Shown: positions 20,396 through 30,767, numbered from the stretch's first letter. The stretch is 64,000 bases of DNA from a virus (IMGVR_UViG_3300035522_000179:64001-128000), one strand, 5' to 3'. The notes: generated by a model not told the origin, from the letters alone. Translations and numbers: made by a program.

Positions 20396-21001
20396 ATGCT
20401 AAAAATGGAAAAAGAGTATGACAAAGACTATGGATCAATTCCAAAAAGAAGTGTAGAGAGATTAACAGAATATTTACAAACCATCAAACCAAGTAAATGG
20501 AAAGAATCCATTTTTGATGATATCAAAAGATTATCATCCGTCAAATGGAAGAAAGAATCTTTTATTGTTTATTTGTTACCAAAAGCTACTCCAAGACCTA
20601 GGTCTACTTCTAATGGATCTTTTTTTTATGTCAAAGGAGCTTCGGACAATAAAAAGTTTTTCTTAAGAAATGTAAAGGATATGGATTTACCAATGATATG
20701 CACACCATGTAAATTCAATTGTGTTGCTTATCTCCCGATTCCAAAATCCATGAATCCGAAAGATCAAATCTTAGCAGAATTTGGTTTTATTCGTCCGATC
20801 AGTAAACCTGACTTTGACAATATAGTAAAGACTTATACTGATATGCTTCAGGATGTGATTTTAGTAGACGATGCATTAATTGTCGAGGGAACCTCCATGA
20901 AGTATTATTCTTGGAAACCACGAATTGAGTTTTCTATAGAATATATGGAAGACTTTGATTGCGATTTCAATAAAAAGAAAATATTAAAAAGAAAGGAATA
21001 A
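20396..21001 (+). CDS. rusA: RusA-like Holliday junction resolvase
   Basis: PRPR near the N-terminus; KPDFDNIVK...DDALIV catalytic pattern. Confidence 0.8.
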   Translation: MLKMEKEYDKDYGSIPKRSVERLTEYLQTIKPSKWKESIFDDIKRLSSVKWKKESFIVYLLPKATPRPRSTSNGSFFYVKGASDNKKFFLRNVKDMDLPMICTPCKFNCVAYLPIPKSMNPKDQILAEFGFIRPISKPDFDNIVKTYTDMLQDVILVDDALIVEGTSMKYYSWKPRIEFSIEYMEDFDCDFNKKKILKRKE

Positions 21002-21005
21002 TGAT

Positions 21006-22235
21006 ATGTCCAAACTTTATGGAATTTTTGATAAGACCCTTTATCGAATGTCTACCAAAGTAAATAAGAAACCAAGATGTGTAGACGCGTTCAAATCATC
21101 TACGCTTGTCGTAGAGACTCCAACAGATAAGTCGATTACCACCATGGTTCATATTAACTCTATGGACTTTTACAAAGAGGAAGCGAATGAGGTACTCTAT
21201 GAAAAGATTTTGAATTTCATAGACAAATCAAACGTTACAGGAATCAACACCTTGTTTTACGGATATAAGATTGAGCTTAATTACAACATCTATGACGATC
21301 AAGGAAACCTTCTGGATGGAGGAATCCGCTATATTCAGGCAAATGCAGAAGATGTATTTGTACTTCTTAATATGGATCCACTTACCTTTGCGCTTCCTTA
21401 CCGAAGAGCAATGTGCGTGGAGAAGAAGTTTGTTATTAATAAGATCGGAAGTTCCACTTACGGAGTAATGGATGAGAGACCGGATAAGATTCTGTTTAAG
21501 ATTAACTCCATTCGAATCCTTGCAAACTTTGTAAACAGCGGAATGACCCAGGACGTGATTACTCTTGGAGAATCCGTTCAGGATATGACCTTTGCTTACA
21601 ATTCTTCCACAGTAGTAGATATTAATAAGAACACGGTTGTTTTGTTTGATACCCAGGGAAAAGTAACCTTCCCTACACAACAGATCAACTATCTTCCCAA
21701 TACCATCTATGTAGATTTTGTTGGACTTCTTAATAACTTCTGTGATGTAGCAAATGATGCAGAGATCTGGAAGAGAGTAGAAGCAAACTCTGGTGTTACA
21801 ACCGTAGCTACGAAATGCGAGTGCGCTGAGTGTTCTGACTTTGTTCCAGTTGTGAACAGACCTTCTTGCCATGGAAATTATCCAATGCCTCCTTTGAAAA
21901 AAGAGTGTAAATGCGATGAGACTTGTAAGGTCTGCAATCCTACTACGGATGAAGTTGCAGAAACTCCTCTGGTACCCGATACCGATTGGGATCAAGAGAC
22001 TGATGTTGTTCCGGAACCTGACTATAATCAGGATCATGGGGACATCAATGAAGATGAGTGGTGTTTAGCAGAGTCTTATGAAGAGGGAGATGAAATCTAC
22101 ACCGTTGTTGCAGATGATACTTCCGATGAAGAGTTTGACGCTACCACTATGGTAAAATACTCTGAGGTACAGCCGTTTATTACGGACGTTACCATTGGAG
22201 CAAAAGTAAAGAAAGAATTAGTTATGTACGAATAA
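21006..22235 (+). CDS. Hypothetical protein with a Cys-rich linker and acidic C-terminus
   Basis: 409 aa ORF with AAGGA RBS. Confidence 0.7.
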   Translation: MSKLYGIFDKTLYRMSTKVNKKPRCVDAFKSSTLVVETPTDKSITTMVHINSMDFYKEEANEVLYEKILNFIDKSNVTGINTLFYGYKIELNYNIYDDQGNLLDGGIRYIQANAEDVFVLLNMDPLTFALPYRRAMCVEKKFVINKIGSSTYGVMDERPDKILFKINSIRILANFVNSGMTQDVITLGESVQDMTFAYNSSTVVDINKNTVVLFDTQGKVTFPTQQINYLPNTIYVDFVGLLNNFCDVANDAEIWKRVEANSGVTTVATKCECAECSDFVPVVNRPSCHGNYPMPPLKKECKCDETCKVCNPTTDEVAETPLVPDTDWDQETDVVPEPDYNQDHGDINEDEWCLAESYEEGDEIYTVVADDTSDEEFDATTMVKYSEVQPFITDVTIGAKVKKELVMYE

Positions 22236-22291
22236 AGAAATCACCTCCTTCTACAATCCTTTAATGATTTTTGTAGAAGGAGGTGGACCTT

Positions 22292-22543
22292 ATGTACGAT
22301 TCTATCGATGTTAGTATTCAAAACATAAGAGCTTTGATCTATGAGTCTCTTAAATTAAATAGATGTGGGTTTACTGTACTTGACAATAAATCAATTTTAG
22401 TAAATGAGAATATTGAACAAGTGACCAAGTACATTAAAAACTTTATTATTATCCCAGATGTCATTTTATATATGTTAATTTCCATAGAAAAGATAAATGA
22501 TTTTTGCAAAATAACATTTAAAACCCCTAGTAAGATGGACTAA
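22292..22543 (+). CDS. Small hypothetical protein
   Basis: AAGGAGG RBS before ATG. Confidence 0.6.
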   Translation: MYDSIDVSIQNIRALIYESLKLNRCGFTVLDNKSILVNENIEQVTKYIKNFIIIPDVILYMLISIEKINDFCKITFKTPSKMD

Positions 22544-22561
22544 TCTTACTAGGGGTTATTT

Positions 22562-23578
22562 TTATACCGCTACAGGGAAATCAACTCTCTGCATATGATA
22601 ATAATCTTCTACCTTGACATCATCAATGGTAGTATCAAAGAAGTTCGTTCCTTCGGAAGTAATCTCCAACTTCGGCTCGCAATCGTAAATCTTTACGAAA
22701 TCAAACGTCGGATCTTTCTCCATAAGAGTTTTCACATACTCATTGATTGCGGAGAAGAAAGTTACTGATGCAACATCAAACTCATCATCCTCTAAACTTC
22801 CATTTGCAAGTGCTTCCAGAGTTTTCAAGAAGGTCTCGTTAGTAAACTCCTCCGGATCCTCTTCTTTCTTAGAAGCAAGGTATCTGTCACGGATCTGACC
22901 AACGGACAGAAGCACTCTGTACTGCCCAATCATCTGCTTGCATCCTTCAAACTGATTCTCATAAATGTGAGCATCGGCTGCAACGAAGGTCAAAATCCCA
23001 GGCTCTACTCCAAGATGCTTTGCAAAGAGTTTGTTAAGTACCGTGTACTGGAAGATGTTAAACACTCCTCCGACCAAAATGTCACAGCTTCTGGATACCA
23101 CCAAGACATTCAACTTATTATCGACGATATCCCACGTACTTGTGTAAACACAAGGAGTAATGGACATCTCCGGAAGATCTGCGTTGTTCCACAAATCAAT
23201 CACGGCTCTTCTGGTAGAAGAATCCTTTGCAAGATCATTCAATACCCGATTCACCTGATCGTATTTCTTAATCTGATATCCATAGGTCTTCTGAACGATT
23301 CCGTTCTCATCTGCCCAATCATCCCAGATATGGGGTCTCAAATCATGAATATCATTGCTTCCGTCACGGAAGATCCAGAAGGCTTCCTCAACAGAAGATT
23401 TCCAAAAAGTATGCTTTGATTTTAAAAGCGGGCACTCCGTAGCACAATCTACGGCAAGTACCATGTGAGAGATACGTCTGGTTGCGATTCCAGTTCTCTC
23501 ATTTTTCTGGTAAAAACCATTCTGCATAATGTCAAATACCCAGTTCATAAACTGGTACTCATAGCGTGAAATAGACAT
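22562..23578 (-). CDS. thyA: Thymidylate synthase family protein
   Basis: ERTG, IWDDW, YGYQ, SSTRR, catalytic PC, RSCD..FN, HIYEN and C-terminal FPVAV. Confidence 0.92.
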   Translation of the reverse strand: MSISRYEYQFMNWVFDIMQNGFYQKNERTGIATRRISHMVLAVDCATECPLLKSKHTFWKSSVEEAFWIFRDGSNDIHDLRPHIWDDWADENGIVQKTYGYQIKKYDQVNRVLNDLAKDSSTRRAVIDLWNNADLPEMSITPCVYTSTWDIVDNKLNVLVVSRSCDILVGGVFNIFQYTVLNKLFAKHLGVEPGILTFVAADAHIYENQFEGCKQMIGQYRVLLSVGQIRDRYLASKKEEDPEEFTNETFLKTLEALANGSLEDDEFDVASVTFFSAINEYVKTLMEKDPTFDFVKIYDCEPKLEITSEGTNFFDTTIDDVKVEDYYHMQRVDFPVAV

Positions 23579-23660
23579 ATTCTATTTCCTCCTTTCGTTT
23601 ATTATTCATTTGTCTTTTTCAATATAAGAATCCAATTTGTAAACTGGAAATTTTAATACG

Positions 23661-23668
23661 TATATTAT
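23661..23668 (+). promoter_or_regulatory. Early-type promoter core TATATTAT
   Basis: Lies upstream of the small ORF at 23709. Confidence 0.6.
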
Positions 23669-23708
23669 TGTATTGAATCAAAAGAAATTGAAAGGAGTAC
23701 TACTAATT

Positions 23709-23837
23709 ATGAAAATGCAATTCAAACTTCCTACCAATGATCTTCGAGGTGCTAGAATGGAGTTCAAAATCCGAAGAAAGGATGAGGACGACGACGTGTA
23801 TAGTCCAGATGAGAGTACTGATATTTGCTATTATTAA
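23709..23837 (+). CDS. Small early protein (42 aa), absent from the ORF track
   Basis: Own promoter, AAAGGAG RBS and downstream hairpin; MKMQFKLPTNDLRGARMEFKIRRKDEDDDVYSPDESTDICYY*. Confidence 0.6.
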   Translation: MKMQFKLPTNDLRGARMEFKIRRKDEDDDVYSPDESTDICYY

Positions 23838-23894
23838 AAAGAATAGAGAATACAGACACGATAAAAAATTCGTGTCTGTATTCATTTTCATATA

Positions 23895-24407
23895 TTACAG
23901 ATCGGTTGCAGTTACAGCCTCTTCTACAGGGGTCTCAGCTACTGTTTCTACGGTCTCTGTGGTTTCTACAGGAGTCTCAACGACTTCTTTAACAACCTCT
24001 GCTACAGGCTCTACGCTAGCAGCTTCGGTATTCTTTTTTTGCTTCTCTTCCCACTCAAGTCTCTTTCTCTCTTTTTTGCTCAAGCTAGAGTACTGAGGAG
24101 TTGCAGTTGTCTGTGTAGTTACTTCATCTTTCTTAATCGGCTCCACTACAGGAGTCTCTTCAACAACGGGAGTTGCATTATTTGCAAATGCAGATACTCC
24201 ACAATTTGCAGCGGTAAGAAGAACCTTCTGACCACTTACGAGAGGGTTAATCTCATATACCTTTTTACCGTTACCTACCAGAGTCTGAATCTGAGACGTG
24301 GTAAGTCTACATTTGTATGCCGGTCCATTGATGCAGCCAAGCTCCACAATCGGACCATTAAACATTACATCACACAATCTTTTCTCGCCATTAAGAACTT
24401 TTGCCAT
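23895..24407 (-). CDS. Hypothetical protein with a low-complexity E/T/V/P tail
   Basis: AGGAGG RBS; 170 aa. Confidence 0.75.
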   Translation of the reverse strand: MAKVLNGEKRLCDVMFNGPIVELGCINGPAYKCRLTTSQIQTLVGNGKKVYEINPLVSGQKVLLTAANCGVSAFANNATPVVEETPVVEPIKKDEVTTQTTATPQYSSLSKKERKRLEWEEKQKKNTEAASVEPVAEVVKEVVETPVETTETVETVAETPVEEAVTATDL

Positions 24408-24421
24408 TTTTATTTTTCCTC

Positions 24422-24739
24422 CTATTCGGCATTATCGATCACACCAATGATGTCATCAATGTCAATCTCGTTATCTTCAGATAACAGCATTCTTCCAATT
24501 TCTTCCTTCTCATCACAAGCATCATCCGGAAGTTCATTTAACAGTTCATCAAGTTCTGCATCGTCCATCATGTCAAGTGAAGACTCGGAAAAAATATCGA
24601 AAGAAGCCTGAACAACCAAAGAATCTGCAACAGACTCTTCTACTTCAGAATAAATTTTTTCTATTTTAGCTGTATCCTTCGCTCTTTCCTCAGCGATGGA
24701 ACGAATACCAGTGTTGATTAATCCCATAACAAGTACCAA
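24422..24739 (-). CDS. Small acidic late protein
   Basis: AACA-N6-TAA at 24763-24775; FSES motif. Confidence 0.65.
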   Translation of the reverse strand: MVLVMGLINTGIRSIAEERAKDTAKIEKIYSEVEESVADSLVVQASFDIFSESSLDMMDDAELDELLNELPDDACDEKEEIGRMLLSEDNEIDIDDIIGVIDNAE

Positions 24740-24784
24740 CCTTTCTTAAAGATTTTAAGTATTTACGTTATTGTTTTTCTTCTT

Positions 24785-25372
24785 TTACGCAATTGAAATT
24801 GTAATGCAACGCGTATTCCCATCCCAAGCCACTTTATATCCTTTTTCTGTCAATGTCTCAATGATTCGTTTGGATCTGGTAACAATGTAAGCATCTGGGA
24901 GAGAATACGTCAAATGTGTGAAATCTTTAAACACAACGCTTTCTCCCTTTTCAAAAGATTCAGATTCCTTTAAGAGTAATTCATTGATGTCATTGTAAAT
25001 CTTTTTGTCTGTGATCTCAATGCATTTGATTGCGAGAGAAGCATTGATAATAATCTTTGTTTCGTTATTTTCTTTTTTCGTCCCATAATAGACCTCAGGA
25101 TACGCATAGAAATTTTTATGAAACAAGGAATACAAAGCAGCATCTATAATACCATAAATATCTTTCGGAACTAATGGGGGATGAATTTCGTACTCATAGA
25201 TCTCCTTTGGAACATCAGAAGATAAAGTTTCAGACAATAAGTTGTGTAGAAAATCATTGATAATATTCGATGCCGTATTCATTTTTAGTTTTACTTCACT
25301 ATCATGATCATCCAAGTTATGGTCCACTTTTACGAGTTCCTCGGGAGTACTAATATTTTCCAAGTCAAACAT
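24785..25372 (-). CDS. Hypothetical protein
   Basis: 195 aa with RBS. Confidence 0.7.
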   Translation of the reverse strand: MFDLENISTPEELVKVDHNLDDHDSEVKLKMNTASNIINDFLHNLLSETLSSDVPKEIYEYEIHPPLVPKDIYGIIDAALYSLFHKNFYAYPEVYYGTKKENNETKIIINASLAIKCIEITDKKIYNDINELLLKESESFEKGESVVFKDFTHLTYSLPDAYIVTRSKRIIETLTEKGYKVAWDGNTRCITISIA

Positions 25373-25527
25373 AGTATCACCCTTCTTTTTCTTTTTATAT
25401 TTTTTCCTTAAAGAAATGTGTGCGTTAGAAAAATAAAAAAGTAATCAGAGGTAAACAGAATAGTAAGCGATGAAAATCGCGATAGAAAATACCCGTTCAA
25501 ACTGATTATTTAGTGTGAAACACCCAA

Positions 25528-25566
25528 AGACCCCAACTACTAGAACCCCTAGTAGTTGGGGTCTTC
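25528..25566 (+). terminator. Perfect 17-bp stem hairpin
   Basis: aagaccccaactactag / ctagtagttggggtctt. Confidence 0.7.
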
Positions 25567-25584
25567 CCTATTTTTATACCAAAA

Positions 25585-25597
25585 AACAATCCCTTAA
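25585..25597 (+). promoter_or_regulatory. Late-type promoter AACA-N6-TAA
   Basis: aaca atccct taa. Confidence 0.7.
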
Positions 25598-25623
25598 TAC
25601 GGTTTAAGAAAGTAGGTGAAAGA

Positions 25624-28600
25624 ATGGCTTCAAATACATGGAAACCATACGAAGGTCTTCCTCATACCCTTGAGGAACTTTTAAAAGAAACTGAAATCAA
25701 TAACTCTTTTGTTGATAGTGCGGTTACGAATCAACTGACAAGTACTATGGAATCCTCCTTTGCTTATCTTTATAAGATGCAGAAAGATTCCGTAAGATTT
25801 AAACAGTATCATTTTCAGACAAGAGAGTTTTTACTCAATACGACTTATTCTGATATCCAAAACAATTTAAAGATTTTTGGAGATCAATTGATGGAACTTG
25901 AAAAACAAGAAGACCCGGATCCCGAAGAGATTGCAAAGATAAAAAGAAAGATTGCAGATCTTGGAGAAGTAAGATTTGGGGATTTGTATCTTGATGAGAA
26001 AAGACAAGTTTCCATAATGGTAGATTATGATATTCTGGATTCTGATACGAGAGAAAGATTTCGAGTTTCTTCTTATTATAAAGAAGAAACCCCTTTAACA
26101 ACTCTGATCAAAGAAAAGAATATCTTTCGAATGATTCCTATCGCAATTATAGATAGCGAAGTAAAAATGAATATCAAGATAAAACCTTTGGAACAGGGAA
26201 CAAAAATTATCTTTCCAGATATGAGTGCGAAAGATGTGTATACAAAGATTGAGTCTCAGCAGTTCCATGATGTTTGTATTTTCTTTATTCCAAATGCTTA
26301 TGTAGGATTTGCAAATGCAACCAGCAAAGACGTGTTAACTGGAAAGTTACCAATCATTTCTGGAATGGATAAATTGGAAAAACCAGGATTATGGTTTAGT
26401 GCAATTGATTGTGGAGATTCTCAATCCCATTTGATTCCAACCACAATCGAAGATGGATATATGAATTTGGAATTGGATAATGCTACAAAAGAGTTAGTAT
26501 CGGATGTCACTTCCATTTCCATTGCTGCGATCTTTATACAGAATATGAGAGTTCATAATTATTGCTCTTCCGATGGAACTGTTCCGGTTTCACTTAAGAC
26601 CTATACTACAGAAGAAGAACAGGATAAAATTCCAGAATCAGAGTTCTTCGTTCCTTCTTACGATGGAAACGTTCTTCCAATGCCAGTTCCGGAAGATAAG
26701 TTCTTTATCTTTAAAGCAGTTTATGATGGAACGACCGTTGGATATTATGAGCCTTCTTATGAAACCACTGTTACTCTTTACTATCCGAATATCTATCGTA
26801 TTTCGGATATTAATTTAGCCGCTGATTCTAGATATCGAGTTTATTATTTCTATGAAGAAATGAGTGATATTCGTTATACACCGTTGTTTGATTTTTACTG
26901 GGAGTATATGAAGTATCACTATGATAATAAACTTAGTATTGAAGAAATCATCAATACGGTTTACTTTAATAAAGAAGGATATGATTTAAACTATTCGGTT
27001 TCTGATAAAGAAACGGATCCGAAAACACTTGCAAAGAAAAAGTTAACTGGAGATATGTTAACAGATTTCTATTCATTATTTGAAAAGATGATGGAGTATT
27101 GTGACTATAAGTATGAGTATGGTACTCCGGATTTCATGACCCAGTATGTGGGAGATGAGATTCCTCTACAGTATAAAATTGCTCGCATGAATGAATTTAT
27201 CAAAGCAGACTGGACAACACTTCCTAAGTATGTAAGAAATGAAAAGAAGACAGGTAAGCTCTATCACTTCTTTACCAACACCATTAACTTAAAAGGAAGA
27301 TTTCGAAGATCTACTCGATTTGAAGATCATGAATCAACTCCTTTTATGTTTGCAGATGGGTGTGTAAAATGTGATGCTTCTGATCCAAATGCTTTCCTTG
27401 TTGTAGATTCTGCTTCTTATGATATTACTTATGAAGTAAACATCAATGATGTGAAATGGATCCTTCCTAGTGCAGAAGTAGGAGATTATGTATCCTTTAC
27501 GAATCTGGATGACAAATATGTCTTTGCATTCAAAAACGACAGTGGAACCAAATCTCTTGATTTGAAAATTTTCATTGACGGAATTATTTGTTCCAATGTA
27601 TCTGTCGTTCACAGTCTTGGTGTAGATTATATTTATCTTCCCGTTTCCATGATCGGTGAGAATACGTATATCATGATGGAAAGAGAATATACGATGGCAA
27701 CTCCTCAGGTAGTGGAGTTATCCTTTACGGATGCTTATGAATGGAAGACAATTCATCTGATTGAATATGAGAACCTTCAGTATACTATGAACGATATCAC
27801 CGTTTATATGAATAATGAGATTTTGGATAAGGATTCTTATACGGGAAAATTAGCAAGAACTCAAGTCGATTATTTTATGGAAGATAAGAGACATGAAGTC
27901 GTAAATAAATACGGAATTGTAACCGATGTAAATATTCAACTTTCTGGAATCAAAGAATTCCCTGCAACAATTCGTGTTGTGATTAATAAGAGATCTTTTA
28001 TTTCTTATGGAGTTGCAAATAGAAATGGGTATCCGAGATTTGATTTAACTTCGTTAGCAATTGCACCAGATGTAAAACAAGGAAGGATGTATTTTAAAGG
28101 AAGACTTGCTCCAAAGGAGACCTTCCGACTTGTTACCAGTGCAGGAAGAAATTATATTCAGTCAAGGGTATTTTGCGAAAAAGGAGATTCTTATTTCTTC
28201 GAGTTTTCTCCTTATGCAAAAGAAGTCGTTTGTGAAGTGGATGAATTTGATCCTGATGAAATCTTTGACTTTAGTAAATATATTGACAAACCAATTGACC
28301 CGGAATACTATGAAGTATTTGTAAACGGAAGAAGATTGGGACTTCCAAACCTTTTTGCTTTTGGTCCTTACCATGGAGTATTCCGTGGACTTAATAGTAA
28401 AAACTCTTTGGTGATCTATGAAAGAGAAAGAGATTTTGAATACTTCGGATTTTCCAAAGTAGAAGCAGGATTTGATGAAGATTCGCTCTTTTTCTATGTT
28501 CCGAATGATCTTCTTCATCATAGTTTCATGACAGAAGCGGAAGCAAAAAAGATTGTAAATCGGTATATTGAAACGGTAAAGAATCCAAATGCAATTATCA

Positions 28601-28944
28601 AAGAAAATGAGATATCAGAAGAACCCATTACGTTTGATATTGAAGACGGATTATTAGAAGAGATGAAGATCTTCTTCTTTGAAGAGTTGTTACCTCTTGG
28701 TCTTGCAAATTCAGACACGGTACAATTTAATAAGCTCTACCTCTCAGAAGTATTCCCGAATCTTGCAAAGGAATTCTTGGTTGAGGGAGAAGAGGATGAT
28801 CCAGATACGATTTATTTAAATCCAGATGTGACTGCAAGAATTTATGATAGTCAGACAAATGATTATGAAATCATTCCTACATCGGAAGCAGACCCGGAGA
28901 AAGAGTTTGTCATGCTTATGGGAGAATCTGGAGTAAAAAATTAA
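25624..28944 (+). CDS. Large probable virion (baseplate-type) protein
   Basis: 1106 aa, beta-rich, recurring F/VxxGxx turns (FIDGI, FKGRL, FVNGRRL); late promoter. Confidence 0.65.
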   Translation: MASNTWKPYEGLPHTLEELLKETEINNSFVDSAVTNQLTSTMESSFAYLYKMQKDSVRFKQYHFQTREFLLNTTYSDIQNNLKIFGDQLMELEKQEDPDPEEIAKIKRKIADLGEVRFGDLYLDEKRQVSIMVDYDILDSDTRERFRVSSYYKEETPLTTLIKEKNIFRMIPIAIIDSEVKMNIKIKPLEQGTKIIFPDMSAKDVYTKIESQQFHDVCIFFIPNAYVGFANATSKDVLTGKLPIISGMDKLEKPGLWFSAIDCGDSQSHLIPTTIEDGYMNLELDNATKELVSDVTSISIAAIFIQNMRVHNYCSSDGTVPVSLKTYTTEEEQDKIPESEFFVPSYDGNVLPMPVPEDKFFIFKAVYDGTTVGYYEPSYETTVTLYYPNIYRISDINLAADSRYRVYYFYEEMSDIRYTPLFDFYWEYMKYHYDNKLSIEEIINTVYFNKEGYDLNYSVSDKETDPKTLAKKKLTGDMLTDFYSLFEKMMEYCDYKYEYGTPDFMTQYVGDEIPLQYKIARMNEFIKADWTTLPKYVRNEKKTGKLYHFFTNTINLKGRFRRSTRFEDHESTPFMFADGCVKCDASDPNAFLVVDSASYDITYEVNINDVKWILPSAEVGDYVSFTNLDDKYVFAFKNDSGTKSLDLKIFIDGIICSNVSVVHSLGVDYIYLPVSMIGENTYIMMEREYTMATPQVVELSFTDAYEWKTIHLIEYENLQYTMNDITVYMNNEILDKDSYTGKLARTQVDYFMEDKRHEVVNKYGIVTDVNIQLSGIKEFPATIRVVINKRSFISYGVANRNGYPRFDLTSLAIAPDVKQGRMYFKGRLAPKETFRLVTSAGRNYIQSRVFCEKGDSYFFEFSPYAKEVVCEVDEFDPDEIFDFSKYIDKPIDPEYYEVFVNGRRLGLPNLFAFGPYHGVFRGLNSKNSLVIYERERDFEYFGFSKVEAGFDEDSLFFYVPNDLLHHSFMTEAEAKKIVNRYIETVKNPNAIIKENEISEEPITFDIEDGLLEEMKIFFFEELLPLGLANSDTVQFNKLYLSEVFPNLAKEFLVEGEEDDPDTIYLNPDVTARIYDSQTNDYEIIPTSEADPEKEFVMLMGESGVKN

Positions 28945-28961
28945 AGAAGGAGTAAAAGAAT

Positions 28962-30197
28962 ATGGAAGTTTATGATTCCGACGTAAGATACGGTTCGTCG
29001 TTTCTTTCTGTATCGAATAATAGACAGAGTGCACCTGGTGAAGTAATGACCGATAAACTCACTGGTGAGATTTATATCAAAAGACCGTCTGATGGAAAAA
29101 TTGTAAGCTTTAAGCAAAAATCCCAGACGGTTTATCAAACGATTGAAGAATTTGATATTCAGTTTCAATCTTCCCAAGGATTTAAGTATCCTCGAACAAA
29201 AGGAGCTTTTTTACTTGGTACAAAACTGAATGTTGATGAAATGAAAGCAGAAGATAATCAAAGAGATCTTTTGCAAAATAACTATTCCTTCGGTGAAAAC
29301 GTTGGATCCGAAGAGGATTTAAGATTGGATTTGTCTACCAAAACAAATGGGTTTTTCATTAAGCCGATTACTCGTAATGGTGACCGTTTGAGTTGTGGAT
29401 ACCTATCTGGACTATTCCTGGAACAGGAAAATGCGGACTTCAAGAGCAATGTGAGAAACTTTACGGATTGGTTAGATCTTTCCACACTTTATGAGTCACC
29501 GTATAATTATACAGAGTGGAAAAAATTAGATCAGTGGGAACAGAGCACTGGAATTGTAGAGTATACAATTACCACGGTTGGAACGGATTCCAATGGAAAA
29601 GTAATCACGAATGTAAAAGATGGGGTTGCTACCATAAAGCTCAATGAGTATACCGTTGTTCGATTCCCGGAAGACTATGCGGAAGAGTTGGAAAATATCA
29701 TATCCATCCAGGCAGTTATTACAAAACTTCGTTTCCCGAAGTTACAGTATGAAAGGTATATCAATACAGAGCCTACTGCAGCCAGTGGGATCGATCCTAC
29801 ATTAACACAGCTTTTGGAGCCGGATAATAAGGTGGTCCTTACATCCATTGATACCCTTTACTTTATCGATTCCGCTTCAGAACTTCCAAGCAATCAATCC
29901 ATTATTATCAACCAGATTGTGGATACCGTATTCTTGGAAGAGGCAATGGTTGAGTTATCAAATGCAAATGGTTCGAAATCAGTACAGTCTTATGAAGAAG
30001 AGCCTTCTTCATTTCCTACGGATACCGTATGGGCAGAAGAGATAAGAACCGTGAATGCCGATGGAGAATCAGAAGAAACCTCTTCTACTACAAAATTTGA
30101 AGATTTGGAAAAGAATCTGTATCATGATACCGAAGATGTTGTGGAACTTACGTATCAGATGGAAGATCCTACCAATCTTTATTTTGTTGAAATTTAA
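28962..30197 (+). CDS. Probable virion structural protein
   Basis: 411 aa, same late operon. Confidence 0.6.
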   Translation: MEVYDSDVRYGSSFLSVSNNRQSAPGEVMTDKLTGEIYIKRPSDGKIVSFKQKSQTVYQTIEEFDIQFQSSQGFKYPRTKGAFLLGTKLNVDEMKAEDNQRDLLQNNYSFGENVGSEEDLRLDLSTKTNGFFIKPITRNGDRLSCGYLSGLFLEQENADFKSNVRNFTDWLDLSTLYESPYNYTEWKKLDQWEQSTGIVEYTITTVGTDSNGKVITNVKDGVATIKLNEYTVVRFPEDYAEELENIISIQAVITKLRFPKLQYERYINTEPTAASGIDPTLTQLLEPDNKVVLTSIDTLYFIDSASELPSNQSIIINQIVDTVFLEEAMVELSNANGSKSVQSYEEEPSSFPTDTVWAEEIRTVNADGESEETSSTTKFEDLEKNLYHDTEDVVELTYQMEDPTNLYFVEI

Positions 30198-30209
30198 GGA
30201 GGAGAACTT

Positions 30210-30425
30210 ATGGCTAGTATTACAAATCCGAATAAAAAATATTTGATTGATAACTGCCCGGTAGTCACCATAAATAGTAGTTCGTCAGATCATCCTGAAG
30301 AGTTTGATGAGTATCCGAATTTGTTTGCCATCGAACTGTTCAATGATACGGCAACTGCGGCAGAAGCAGAGTCCGAAAATAACCCAGTTCCCATGTATCA
30401 TACCGGGAACATCAAAAACAACTAA
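30210..30425 (+). CDS. Small hypothetical protein
   Basis: AAGGAGG RBS. Confidence 0.65.
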   Translation: MASITNPNKKYLIDNCPVVTINSSSSDHPEEFDEYPNLFAIELFNDTATAAEAESENNPVPMYHTGNIKNN

Positions 30426-30438
30426 GGGGGATTTTTGA

Positions 30439-30675
30439 ATGGATAACTTTATAAAAGACGTGGTTTTACACGTAAAAACAAAACTGGAAGACGTAGGAAT
30501 CGTGAAAAAAACAATCTATCCCATTACACGGTGGGAAGATGTTTTAGGAGCTCCTAGACTTTTAGATCAAAACAGTATCGACGAAGCTTATCCTTCGGAG
30601 TACGCATTTTATAATGTGGAAGATATTACGATCTCCGATGAGGAATACAAAGCTTGTTTTAAAGATATCATTTAA
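30439..30675 (+). CDS. Small hypothetical protein
   Basis: RBS; IYPITRWEDV; hairpin follows. Confidence 0.65.
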   Translation: MDNFIKDVVLHVKTKLEDVGIVKKTIYPITRWEDVLGAPRLLDQNSIDEAYPSEYAFYNVEDITISDEEYKACFKDII

Positions 30676-30729
30676 GACGATTGTGACAGTAACTTCTAAT
30701 TTAAAGAAGTTACTGTCACATTTTATTCA

Positions 30730-30737
30730 TATATTAT
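30730..30737 (+). promoter_or_regulatory. Early-type promoter core TATATTAT
   Basis: Heads the 30768-32366 operon. Confidence 0.6.
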
Positions 30738-30767
30738 TTACTTGAATAACTTGGAGGTTAATTATAA

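Noticed and set aside
23703-24611. ORFs 23703-23891, 23737-24096 and 24039-24611
   Set aside because: They overlap better-supported genes (23709-23837 and 23895-24407) or cross a terminator, and have no RBS.
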